This document shows positions 19,650 through 29,500 of a stretch of 43,938 bases of DNA, one piece after another. Position 1 is the stretch's first letter. Every line of letters begins with the position of its first letter. The position numbers and the translations under genes were made by a program. Source of the DNA: Bacteroidales bacterium. GTDB lineage: Bacteria > Bacteroidota > Bacteroidia > Bacteroidales > ML635J-15. The stretch spans positions 1-43,938 of the forward strand of contig JBNGDT010000004.1 of the NCBI GenBank assembly GCA_049975305.1, given 5' to 3'. The notes under the pieces are model-generated. The model was not told where the DNA came from. It worked only from the letters and a program-made list of their open reading frames with translations, and ran no database searches.

Positions 19650-20037
19650 AATCGCTCCTGACTTTTTCAGCCAGTGCTTTGAATTCCTCATCTGACATTT
19701 TTACCCTGGTGTTAGAGAAATGCACATCCGACTCTTTGTCAATGGGAATAAGATGTATATGTGCATGTGGGACTTCAAGGCCAAGTACGACGACAGCAAG
19801 CCGTTTGCATTCCACATTTGGCTCAAGTGCGCTGGCTACCCGTTTTGTGAAATCCATCAGGCCACGGTAGGTTTCTGTGTCAAGATCAAAGAGATAATCC
19901 ACTTCTTGTTTTGGTATTACCAGCGTATGCCCTTTTTTCAATGGATTGATATCAAAAAATGCAAGAAAATGGTCGTCCTCTGCTACCTTGTGGGCAGGTA
20001 TGTCGCCGTTTATAATTTTTGAAAAGATTGAACTCAT
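19642..20037 (-). CDS. HIT family nucleotide hydrolase
   Basis: SIFSKII.G.IP, GHTLVIPK, histidine triad VPHAHIHLIP. Confidence 0.95.
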   Translation of the reverse strand: MSSIFSKIINGDIPAHKVAEDDHFLAFFDINPLKKGHTLVIPKQEVDYLFDLDTETYRGLMDFTKRVASALEPNVECKRLAVVVLGLEVPHAHIHLIPIDKESDVHFSNTRVKMSDEEFKALAEKVRSDFR

Positions 20038-20048
20038 AACGATATGGA

Positions 20049-20522
20049 TTACATGCTTATTTCTAAAATTTCAAATTGGAATATTCCGTTGGGAACCTCA
20101 ATTTCAGCAATATCACCAACTTTCTTCCCGAGGAGACCCTTAGCAATGGGAGTATTTACGGAAATTTTGCCTGATTTAAGGTCAGCTTCGCTTTCTGCCA
20201 CAATCTGATATTGCATAACAGCATTATTGTTTAAGTTTTTTATTTTAACTTTATTCAGTATCCTTAATGCCTTTGTATCAATTTTAGACGGATCTATGAT
20301 TCTGGCATTGTTAATGGTTTCCTGAAGTTTGGTAATTTTCATTTCCAGGATACCCTGAGCTTCTTTTGCAGCATCGTATTCTGCATTTTCAGACAAATCT
20401 CCCTTATCTCTTGCTTCAGCTATTTGTTGTGATATAGCAGGCCTTTCAACTGATAGCATGTGTTTAAGTTCTTCTTTCATCTTATTAAGGCCCGTTTCGG
20501 TTACATATATTGTTTTTGCCAT
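20049..20522 (-). CDS. greA: Transcription elongation factor GreA
   Basis: ARDKGDLSENAEYDAAKE, ISVNTPIAKGLLGKKVGD. Confidence 0.97.
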   Translation of the reverse strand: MAKTIYVTETGLNKMKEELKHMLSVERPAISQQIAEARDKGDLSENAEYDAAKEAQGILEMKITKLQETINNARIIDPSKIDTKALRILNKVKIKNLNNNAVMQYQIVAESEADLKSGKISVNTPIAKGLLGKKVGDIAEIEVPNGIFQFEILEISM

Positions 20523-20552
20523 AAGGCTGTTATTTTAATTAAAAAATACAAT

Positions 20553-20591
20553 AAAAAAGAACCCCCTGCCAGTTACGCTAGCGGAGATTCC
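20553..20591 (-). terminator. Terminator-like hairpin in the greA leader
   Basis: Minus strand: GAAUCUCC-GCUAG / CGUAA / CUGGC-A-GGGGGUUC followed by a U-run. Confidence 0.7.
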
Positions 20592-20597
20592 AAAGTA

Positions 20598-20628
20598 CAA
20601 ATATAGTTAGTTTTCTTCATCATACAAA
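20598..20628 (-). promoter_or_regulatory. Bacteroidota -33/-7 promoter for greA
   Basis: Minus strand TTTG-N19-TATATTTG. Confidence 0.65.
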
Positions 20629-20708
20629 ATGTTTTTTATATATTAGACAAAAAACAGAATTTATGTGGTGATTCTTAGTAAAAATGCAGACATAAGGATT
20701 TCTGAATT

Positions 20709-21164
20709 TTATTTACTCAATCCGCCGAACCATTTTACCACTTTCTCACCGATTTCGGGTGCATCAATGTGAATGATGTACATGCCGCCGCCAATGCGTT
20801 TGCCGGATTGATTATTGAGGTCCCATTCCAGCCATGGTATATCATCCGATTTGGTAAAACGCCGTACAAGTGTCCCGGATACATCAAAAATGCTGATGGT
20901 ACAGATTTGTGTCAGGTTGGTGATTTTTACACAGCGTGTTCCGCTGCTTTCATCATAAGAATACCCATTATACGGATTGGGCACCACGCGTATCAGGTCG
21001 AGGGCAGATTCAGCGACGTCACTGTTTTGGGTCATGGTTTGGATGTTGGTTGTGTTGAATACGTATTTACATGGCTTGTCCCGGATGGTATCTTCGGTGG
21101 AAAAATCCCTGTAAAAATAGGGCGTGGCAACCCTGATGCGTATTTTCACATCCGTTTCGAGCAA
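20709..21164 (-). CDS. Orphan C-terminal-domain cassette; diverged copy of the last ~160 aa of 22401..26495 (possibly a silent gene fragment)
   Basis: Shares LETDVKIRIRVATPYF, SALDLIRVVPNPY, QICTISI and GMYIIHIDAP.IGEKVVKWFG (about 60% identity by manual count). TTG start, no signal peptide. Confidence 0.8.
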   Translation of the reverse strand: MLETDVKIRIRVATPYFYRDFSTEDTIRDKPCKYVFNTTNIQTMTQNSDVAESALDLIRVVPNPYNGYSYDESSGTRCVKITNLTQICTISIFDVSGTLVRRFTKSDDIPWLEWDLNNQSGKRIGGGMYIIHIDAPEIGEKVVKWFGGLSK

Positions 21165-21173
21165 TCCAAAAAT

Positions 21174-21206
21174 AAAAAAACCACTCCAGGGAAGAAGCGG
21201 CTTTTT
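21174..21206 (-). terminator. Intrinsic terminator closing the TBDR-cargo-PorV-like operon
   Basis: Minus strand GCCGCUUC / UUCCCU / GGAGUGGU (with G-U pairs) followed by a U-run. Confidence 0.75.
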
Positions 21207-21236
21207 GAAAATAAAATATAATAATATCTTTATTTA

Positions 21237-22370
21237 TTACAGGCTTATCCTGGCGCCAATGGTGTGTACTCCAGCAAAGGGATTGGTATCACGGTAACTG
21301 TAATCAATGGCAATAACGCTGCCCGAATTATTCATGGGGATATGTACAGAAAGCCCTGCAGAAGGCCCTGTGAAAACAGTGTTTCTTTCGGTATATTCAA
21401 ACATGCCTTTTTCATACACATATCCGCCGCGCAGAAAGAACAGGTTTTTAAATCCATACTCCAGGCCAAAATGAAACTGGTCTCTTGTAAATGAATTGGA
21501 TGTAAAATTGGCAGCGATAATAAGCTGATGGTTACTTATCAGTTCGTCAGCATCTGCGGTTTCTTCACCCATCATGGCATCGGAAGGTGTTTTAGCATCG
21601 AGGTTAATGTAATAGGATGCCCCTATTTTAATTAGGGAAGGAAGTTCAAATTCGGCAGACCTTTGTTCAACTGTCATGTTGGTTCCCCATTGTGATTGGC
21701 CAATAAATGACATGCCATCACCGGTAAATTTCATGGTAGTGCCAACGTTTTTCATGGTAATGCCAAAACGCAGGTTATCCCTCTTACGGTTGCCCAGTTT
21801 ATCTTTACCAATGCCTGTTACGTATTGTATGCCGGCATCCAGGGCAAATCCCATGGCGTTGGCATTGGGCAGGCCTTCATTGATAATTTTTACACTCATT
21901 CCACCATAGATGCTGTTGGAGAATTCCTGTGCATAAGCCAACTGAATGTTGTTGTAACTTACTTTGTAAGTTCCCAAACCACCTTCAGGAAGTTCCTCTG
22001 TGGTGATATCAATATCGCCGAAATTCATGGTCATAACACCCACGCTTAACACTCCAACTTCACCAATTTTCTGGCTAAAGCCAAAATTGTTTATGTTAAT
22101 ACCACTACCAACCAGGTATTGAGAGTTGGTAAAAATCAGTTCTGTTCGGCGGGTAAAAGCGGTTCCGGCAATGTTCTGATAGAGGGCTTCAAGGCCCTGA
22201 ACACTGCCTACATTTGCACTTCCCCAACCGGAACTGCGTGCCCATGGGTTGATTAATAATTCAGAAGCTCCGGCACTACCGGCACGTTGTTCATTTCCTG
22301 CCATCAACGCTGGACTGAGAAGTAAGCATCCCAGTGTGACAATCAGTAATTTTTGCAATCTTTTTTTCAT
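21237..22370 (-). CDS. PorV/PorQ-family (FadL-like) outer-membrane beta-barrel protein
   Basis: Signal peptide, N-terminal 'AGASELLINPWARSSGWG...ALYQNIAG' like the PorV-family 'L.I...AR..GMG...A.YWNPAG', beta-strand pattern, ELPSLIKIG, GLEYGF...FLRGGY. Confidence 0.85.
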   Translation of the reverse strand: MKKRLQKLLIVTLGCLLLSPALMAGNEQRAGSAGASELLINPWARSSGWGSANVGSVQGLEALYQNIAGTAFTRRTELIFTNSQYLVGSGININNFGFSQKIGEVGVLSVGVMTMNFGDIDITTEELPEGGLGTYKVSYNNIQLAYAQEFSNSIYGGMSVKIINEGLPNANAMGFALDAGIQYVTGIGKDKLGNRKRDNLRFGITMKNVGTTMKFTGDGMSFIGQSQWGTNMTVEQRSAEFELPSLIKIGASYYINLDAKTPSDAMMGEETADADELISNHQLIIAANFTSNSFTRDQFHFGLEYGFKNLFFLRGGYVYEKGMFEYTERNTVFTGPSAGLSVHIPMNNSGSVIAIDYSYRDTNPFAGVHTIGARISL

Positions 22371-22400
22371 GACATTATTATTAAATCGTATTCGTAGTTG

Positions 22401-25400
22401 TTAAAAGTTTTGTAAATCAACAGGTCTAAGTGAACCAAACCATTTCACCACTTTTTCACCAATACCAGGGGCATCAATGTGTATGATGTACATGCCGCTG
22501 GAAATAGCAATGTTGTAACCATTTTTTAGATCCCAGTCAATATAGGACGCATCATTTGCTTTATTGAACCTACGTATCAGCCTTCCACTCACATTATAAA
22601 TGCTGATGGTACAGATTTGTGGCAGGTTGGTTATCCGTACACGGTTGTCAAGCTGTGATGTTTCATAGTATGATGTTCCATAATATGGATTTGGAACTAC
22701 CCTGATCAGATCAAGAGCGGATTTTGCTATATCCAGATCTTTTGTAATTGTCTGGATATCAGCAGTGTTGAAGGTGTACATTCCGAAATTATCATTTACA
22801 GGATTATCAAGAGCTATTTGACCCAATCTTTGGAAATAGGGAGTAGCCACCCTGATGCGTATTTTTACATCCGTTTCGAGCAATTCATATCCATGGTTGA
22901 GGTAAGGTAAAGATGTCCACATGGCGCCGCTAAGTGCACACCGTTTGTACATAACGTTTTCATTTTCTTCATATTTCATCATCTTATTGTATATCCATTT
23001 GCATGAATCATAAGCAGGCGTTGAAACTAACGTATCTAGCACATGATTGGTATGGCCAAAAACGTAAATGTAATGTTTGCCGCCAAAGAGTGGGCCATTA
23101 AGATTATAAATGCCTTCTGAGGGATTCCACATCATATCATCACCGTTTTCACCTTTGAGCCATGAATCTTCACCAAAGGCCATGTTTAGGCGCTCGCCTG
23201 TTCTCACATCTATGGCATATCCGGGGAACCAACTCATGCCATGAGTACCTGAGTTATCCGGATTTCCCTCTTTATCTACAGAAGGTGCTTGGCGTAAATC
23301 AAAACGCAGTGCATTGCCCTCTGAGAGATAATTCACAAGCGGGGTAACTTGCACTTCATGGCCATGTTCATTGGTTGTCCATTCGTTTTCACACATTTCA
23401 AGTACCACACATCTTGTCCATTTGGATTTATCGCTTGTAATCACAACATCAACACTGGATAACAGGTCGTATTTGTCAATTTTTATCTGTGATCTGTCAT
23501 AAGTAGGTCCATATTTGAAAGTGGAAGAAAGGTAAATCGGACCCCATGTACCACCAAGAATTTTTTCATAGTACTCATCCGGATCCATGCTCAGGTAGTC
23601 ATCGTAATTTTTATCTGGGTTTACCAATTCTCCATTTTTATAGGTACCTGCCCTGATCCAGTTGTATGGATCCAGATTATCACCATCGGGGATAAAAGAC
23701 AACCATGGTCGTGTCGGATCAGAAAATTCGATACTTGCTTCAAGGAACCCATTCCGGTAGTCGTTTTGATTTTTATAAGCCGCAGGATACACCTGGTAAA
23801 TTGAAACACTTAAACCAAGATCAAGTAACAACTGATCAGTTTGAGTTTTGTTTATCGGATAATCTGAGTGGATGGTGTCATTGGTTGCATTGTTGATCAT
23901 AATCCAGTCAGCTCCGTCTTCTTGTAAACCATAATAATTAGCGGTTGCATTATGAAATTTCAACGTATATGAACCATCGGGCACATTTAATGGATCAATA
24001 ACCTTGATGTTGATAGGGCCTTTCCCATTTTCATAGGTTGGGGTAAAATCTTTCCAGGGGTAACCGCTCATTATGGTTTCAATGGATTCATCTTTCAGAT
24101 CCAATATGTTATTTGCGTTTCCATAACCTTCAATCTGGGTAATTTCTGGTCCATATCCGTATTCTGCCTGTATTACAGTTCCTTCATCAGCAGGTTCTGT
24201 CATGTGTGGCATGGCAAAATATTTTTTAATGTTATTACGACCAGCCAGGTATGGTTTTTTCAAGCCATTGAATGTGGATTGTATTTGCTGGTCATAAGCC
24301 TCAGTTTGGTTATAACCATAAGCAATGGCTGTATAATAGTATGTTTTGTAATTAATTAAGCGTTTATCTCCACTGGCAAAACGGTCTTCAGTGATTACAA
24401 AGCTGTGTTCAATACCTGAATTTGCCCCATTGACCATTTCCAATGGGTTATTGGCGCCCAGTTCATCAGACCAGATAAAATTTACCAGTTGAGACACATC
24501 GTCTTTGATATCACACTGGTAAATTTCACGGACAAGGTCTTTGTTATGGCGGTCAGTGATACTAGCTGATTCATTTTTCAACTGAAATACCTGGTATCCC
24601 TGGAACCTGTAGTACTCATCACAAGGGTCAAGATCACCACCACAAATGATGGATTTGTCTTTTTCTTCGTATTGTTCAAGATAGTTGTTTGAATTTTCTT
24701 TGTTATAGATGTGGAAAATCAGTTTTTTATCCAGTTCCACGATGTTCAACTCCGGGGCATCCGGTCCGTTGAGTACACGGAAACAATTTTCAAACAAGGT
24801 TTGTGCTTTGTCATCGGCTCTTCTGACAGCCTCTACGGATGCCCATGGGCCGCCGGAACTTGCTCTGGCATATACAGCCCCGATAGTGATATCGTTAACA
24901 GCCCCGGGTTGCAGTGTGAACGGGCCTGCAGATTGCACGAACCTTCTGTCATAAGGTGTATTATCCTCGGTTTCTTCAGACCAGTCGGGCATCACAACAC
25001 CACCCTGTCCCCATCCACAAATGTCAGTGGTTGGATTGCCTGGGAACATAAAATCTGTAGGGGTATTTGTTGTTGTGGCACCAGAATGATGACCTGTTCC
25101 TCCATACAACAATGGAGAACCGTCTTTCCAGTAACCTGTCATGTAATTGTAGTAGTCAATGGCATCAATAGGATCAGTCATATTCGGGTTACTACCACCA
25201 CCGGTATTGTTAAAATACAAGAATCTTCTCATGCCCCATCGTTCATTGTCTATGGTTCCATCTTCGAAATTCAATCCATTAATGTTCCCGTTGAGGATAT
25301 CGCCTCTACTACAATTCAATACAGGCAAACCGTTTACAGTATCATAACTGGTAGTATTGTCTTTGCCGTCGGGATCCTGGTAAGGGCCTTCAAAAAAGTC

Positions 25401-26495
25401 AATGCCAATTGCCGGTGGTTGCACACCATACCCGGGGCTGGAACCGTCATCTTCATCCACATTGTCGCCATTGTATAAATACCCCAAACCTCTTCTTACA
25501 TCACATCCGATATAATCATCTTTAGGGCCACCCAGGTCAGCGTCTGTCCATACTCCAAAATAAGTTTCATATAAGGTGTATGTTGATCTGTTTATGATGT
25601 TATAATTATAAAATGTCATGTCATTCAGTTCATCGTTGGTTGCAAAAGCAAAAGCCTGTGCTCTGATTTCCATGCCAATGGCATCGCCTCCGGTTTCTGT
25701 GTGGATATTGCCTTTATCATTGTAAACCCACCATAGAGTAGAGTCACCATAAATTTTGGCATCTCTGTCACGAGGCCTGATACAATTTGGATCGTCGGTA
25801 ATGCCTTCATCGGGATATTCATAATAAGGAAAATCACCGTCGTAAGGGTTGTAATAGCCATCGCCATTGTAGTCCCAAAACGGGGCGAGGTAGTATGCAT
25901 AACCGCCTGCGGGGCCGTGAGCGGGCCAGTTGAGTATTTCTTCCGGGATGGTATAGGTAGGATACTCATCAGCGGTATTACATGCAGGGTCCTGCTGGCA
26001 ATCAAACCATGCTCTGAATTCATCCACCATATTTTTGCTCAATACATAGTGTTTGTCATATTCCTGACAGATATCAAAAGAAACACTACCAATCTCTGAA
26101 CCACTGGCAATCAAAGGTCCTGTCCAGTAATCAATACCGACCTGACGATAACGCACAGCAGCGAGTTTCAATTGTCCGTTTGCATCCAGGCCACCCATCC
26201 ATATTCCCCCACAGAAGAGGGCATTTGGTCCGTTCCCAGATACGGTAGCAGGTACTTCATACCGAGGAGCACCCTGTAAATCCCACCACATATCACCACC
26301 GGTATGTATGAGCGTACGTACATTGTTTACATACAATTCAGTTGATGTTTTACCCTGTTCACAGCCTGCTGCTCTAGTAGCTTTTTCTTTTGACCTTAGT
26401 TTGTCAGCAGGATTGACATCGGCAAAGGTCTGCATTGTTAACAAACTTAAAATACTGATTCCGATTAATAATTTTAATAATTTAAGACTTTTCAT
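22401..26495 (-). CDS. Large (1364 aa) secreted protein with a T9SS-like (FlgD-Ig-type) C-terminal target domain
   Basis: Signal peptide, acidic/aromatic-rich sequence with several Cys, Dx[DN]xDG-type Ca-binding motif (DYNGDGYY), and C-terminal 'LDLIRVVPNPY...TNLP..CTISIY.VSG.LIRR...WDLKN...SGMYIIH'. Confidence 0.88.
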   Translation of the reverse strand: MKSLKLLKLLIGISILSLLTMQTFADVNPADKLRSKEKATRAAGCEQGKTSTELYVNNVRTLIHTGGDMWWDLQGAPRYEVPATVSGNGPNALFCGGIWMGGLDANGQLKLAAVRYRQVGIDYWTGPLIASGSEIGSVSFDICQEYDKHYVLSKNMVDEFRAWFDCQQDPACNTADEYPTYTIPEEILNWPAHGPAGGYAYYLAPFWDYNGDGYYNPYDGDFPYYEYPDEGITDDPNCIRPRDRDAKIYGDSTLWWVYNDKGNIHTETGGDAIGMEIRAQAFAFATNDELNDMTFYNYNIINRSTYTLYETYFGVWTDADLGGPKDDYIGCDVRRGLGYLYNGDNVDEDDGSSPGYGVQPPAIGIDFFEGPYQDPDGKDNTTSYDTVNGLPVLNCSRGDILNGNINGLNFEDGTIDNERWGMRRFLYFNNTGGGSNPNMTDPIDAIDYYNYMTGYWKDGSPLLYGGTGHHSGATTTNTPTDFMFPGNPTTDICGWGQGGVVMPDWSEETEDNTPYDRRFVQSAGPFTLQPGAVNDITIGAVYARASSGGPWASVEAVRRADDKAQTLFENCFRVLNGPDAPELNIVELDKKLIFHIYNKENSNNYLEQYEEKDKSIICGGDLDPCDEYYRFQGYQVFQLKNESASITDRHNKDLVREIYQCDIKDDVSQLVNFIWSDELGANNPLEMVNGANSGIEHSFVITEDRFASGDKRLINYKTYYYTAIAYGYNQTEAYDQQIQSTFNGLKKPYLAGRNNIKKYFAMPHMTEPADEGTVIQAEYGYGPEITQIEGYGNANNILDLKDESIETIMSGYPWKDFTPTYENGKGPINIKVIDPLNVPDGSYTLKFHNATANYYGLQEDGADWIMINNATNDTIHSDYPINKTQTDQLLLDLGLSVSIYQVYPAAYKNQNDYRNGFLEASIEFSDPTRPWLSFIPDGDNLDPYNWIRAGTYKNGELVNPDKNYDDYLSMDPDEYYEKILGGTWGPIYLSSTFKYGPTYDRSQIKIDKYDLLSSVDVVITSDKSKWTRCVVLEMCENEWTTNEHGHEVQVTPLVNYLSEGNALRFDLRQAPSVDKEGNPDNSGTHGMSWFPGYAIDVRTGERLNMAFGEDSWLKGENGDDMMWNPSEGIYNLNGPLFGGKHYIYVFGHTNHVLDTLVSTPAYDSCKWIYNKMMKYEENENVMYKRCALSGAMWTSLPYLNHGYELLETDVKIRIRVATPYFQRLGQIALDNPVNDNFGMYTFNTADIQTITKDLDIAKSALDLIRVVPNPYYGTSYYETSQLDNRVRITNLPQICTISIYNVSGRLIRRFNKANDASYIDWDLKNGYNIAISSGMYIIHIDAPGIGEKVVKWFGSLRPVDLQNF

Positions 26496-26530
26496 TTTTA
26501 TGATCGCTTTATTAATGTTTTACAAATTAC

Positions 26531-29500
26531 TTAAAAACTAAATTGAACACCCAAACGAATGGTTCTTGGGGTGCTGTAATTATAAGGACTATTGATGTAC
26601 ATTGTATAATAATTCCGGTATGCCTCTTCATCCGTTTGTGAGGCAATGGCATCCTGGAAAGCTGCATAAGTTAAGAAACCATTATCATCAGGATTGCCGG
26701 TATATCCGTAAACGTTAAGGACATTTTTGGCATTCATAAGGTTGGATATTTCCAAATATACATTCAGGAATGCGAATTTTTCTTTTGTGCCAGCGTCATT
26801 GTCTTTTTCTTTGAGTGTTAACCTGATATCACGGTCAAGGCGCATGTTAATTGTTGTACGCCATGGTTTACGAGAACCATTCAGTGAGCCGATAAGTTTT
26901 CCATTACTTGGCCTGTTGAGCTTAGAATAGGGGCTACCGGAACCAGCGTTTACCACAAAGTTTACTCCGGTGTTAGCAAAGAAATCAGTATTAAACCATT
27001 TTGGGCCTTTGTAAGGTGTGCCATTGGCTTTCCCACCATAACGATAATCCATGGAAACAGCAAAATTATGTCTCTGGTCAAAATTCAACGGGATGGTGGT
27101 TCTCAGGTTGGGCTGATTTGATTTGATGATATCCAGGCCTGATTCATAAGAAGAACCTGTACCATTGGCAAATTGTAATGTATAAGAAGCTCTCAGTGAA
27201 ACATTGCCTGTTCTTCTCAAATCGTATGCAGCAGTAAAACCTTTTACTGTACCAAAGTCAATGTTCCCGTAGGTATAATAATTTACCGGATAAGCTCCAT
27301 TGACAGCAATGGTTTGTTGCATATCACGCATTTCACGGTAGTAAGCTGATAATTTCAATGAAGATGTGTTCCCCAATTTTTGTTGATAACCGACTTCGTA
27401 ATCTATTGTTTTTTCAGTGATCTGATTGGGATTATTGATTGGTTCCTGGTTGACCTGTCTAATATATAAATACTGAATTGGATTTAACCTGGCATTGTAA
27501 GATGGCCGTTTTGATAAAATATCATAATGTGCAAAGAAAAGTGCTTCGTCAGAAATGGGGAATGAGAAGGCAACACGTGGCATCACTGTCATCTGTGGTT
27601 CATAATCCACAAATGCATTGGTATTCAGTTCATCATTTTCAAGCAAATAAGGTGTAATACCTGTAGGGCCAGCTATTGCATTTGGATTTTCAGTTTCAGT
27701 ACCATCGCTGGTGTACCATGTATCACCGTCACGGAAACCGGTTATACGTGATGGATTTTCGGCATCATTCACATACACCACAGCCCCATTGTTGATATTT
27801 CCGGGTATTTTAGATTCTGCGAGTAAGCCTGCAGGGTCAGATTCACCAACACGGTAAGCATCACTGAACATATATTGATCTTTTAATACGCGTTGGTTAG
27901 CATCAAAGCGGTCCACCCTGATACCAATATTAAAAATAAGGTCTTGAAATGAAAATTTATCTTGGATATAGCCGGCTATGTAGTTTGGCTGGAAAGAAGG
28001 AATGGGGCGTGTCAGGTTTCCGAATTCATCGGTTTTTGTAAAGAAATCTTCAAAACTGGGATCGTAATCGAGTTTTTTTCCTGTATGATCATATCCGTAA
28101 TAAGATACATAAGTGTTCCCCTGGTTGAACAGTTCGCTTGCTGAAAAATAAGAAATATCAAATTCATCAGGGTCATAAGAATCTACATCTATCCACTCAA
28201 GGCCGTCAACTGGTTTACCAAGGTGTTCACGGAATTTCAAGTCAAAAAGGGCCTGTTGGGATGCGTTAAAAAGCCTGGGGTAATTGATAGTATCCTGGAA
28301 AACACCATTGGCGTCATACACAGGATTGGGATTGGAAAGGTCACGTTCCATAATGTGTTTGTTCATCAAGTCTTCAGCAAGTCCCCAAAGGCCAAAAGGA
28401 GCCAGTGCAAAATAATTGTCGTTTCGTTGTTCAAATTCAAAGCCAAGTGTGATCTCATGATCTTTTATGTCTGCCACACCATTAGCAGAAACGCGTATTT
28501 GGTTGTTATTAGTTTTCGTATAAGAAGTGTAAGGCATGCCAGGTGCTGTATAAAGGCCTGCAATGCTTGCAGGGCCCGAACCATTCAACAATCCACCATT
28601 TTGAATAACTGTATTCCTGTCAATGTAGTATAGATCTTTTACTATGTCAAAAAACTGTTCAGAATAGGTTGAAAGTTCGGGATTCTTGGTTCCCGGTGTA
28701 AAAGAATCAATTCTGTAAAAGTACGTTTCATGAATCCATCCTTCGAGGTTGCTGGCGGTATCTATACCCCACTGATAGAATTTTTCGGGAATTGTTTCAT
28801 ATTTTCCAATGTAGCCGTAATCGAAGAAATTATCTTTGTGATCCGCGTCCTGCGTGGTACTGGATGTTTTTGAGTAATCAACTTGGATGGAATAATACGC
28901 ATTTTTGATCAGGCGTTGTTCGGGTTCTTCTCCTACTTCCGGCGGTGGTGCCTGGAATTTTTGAGTTAACCTTCCATATACCCGCCAGTTATTGTAAATT
29001 TGCTGGCCGTTGTTTTCTGAATTGAACAAGGAATAGGAATAACTATACAGACGTTGATTTCTGTAGTCCATGGTTCCGCCAAACGTCAGGTTCAGATTTT
29101 TGATGGGTTGAAAATCCAGTTTTCCGGCGAGGTTTAATTTCATTCTTTCAGCGTTGGGGCGTGTATCCACATTTTTAAACGCATCTTTTCTCAAAAAGTC
29201 AGCGTTCTGATAAACAATTGGAAGACCTGCTTCTGTTGGAATGACACGAAGTGGATCGTTGGCTATTTGATCCCTGGTATCATCTTTAGCTACCCATGTC
29301 CCGATGGCGGATGGGTACTCGTCTTTTATATATTTCAGTTCACTTGAGATAAGGAACCCTGCTACTGTGCGTTGTCTGTCAGTTCCGGCTTCTTTTGTGC
29401 GGTAAATTGGGCCGGACAACATCAATCCGTTGAGGTTATAACCATACGGGTCAAGGAATTGAGATGTTACCACTTCAGCGCCGCCGAAGAATTTACTTGT

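Noticed and set aside
20709-22884. Diversity-generating retroelement (orphan cassette as template repeat, cargo C-terminus as variable repeat)
   Set aside because: Differences are not adenine-specific in either direction and include C/T synonymous changes and indels. No reverse transcriptase is present in the window.
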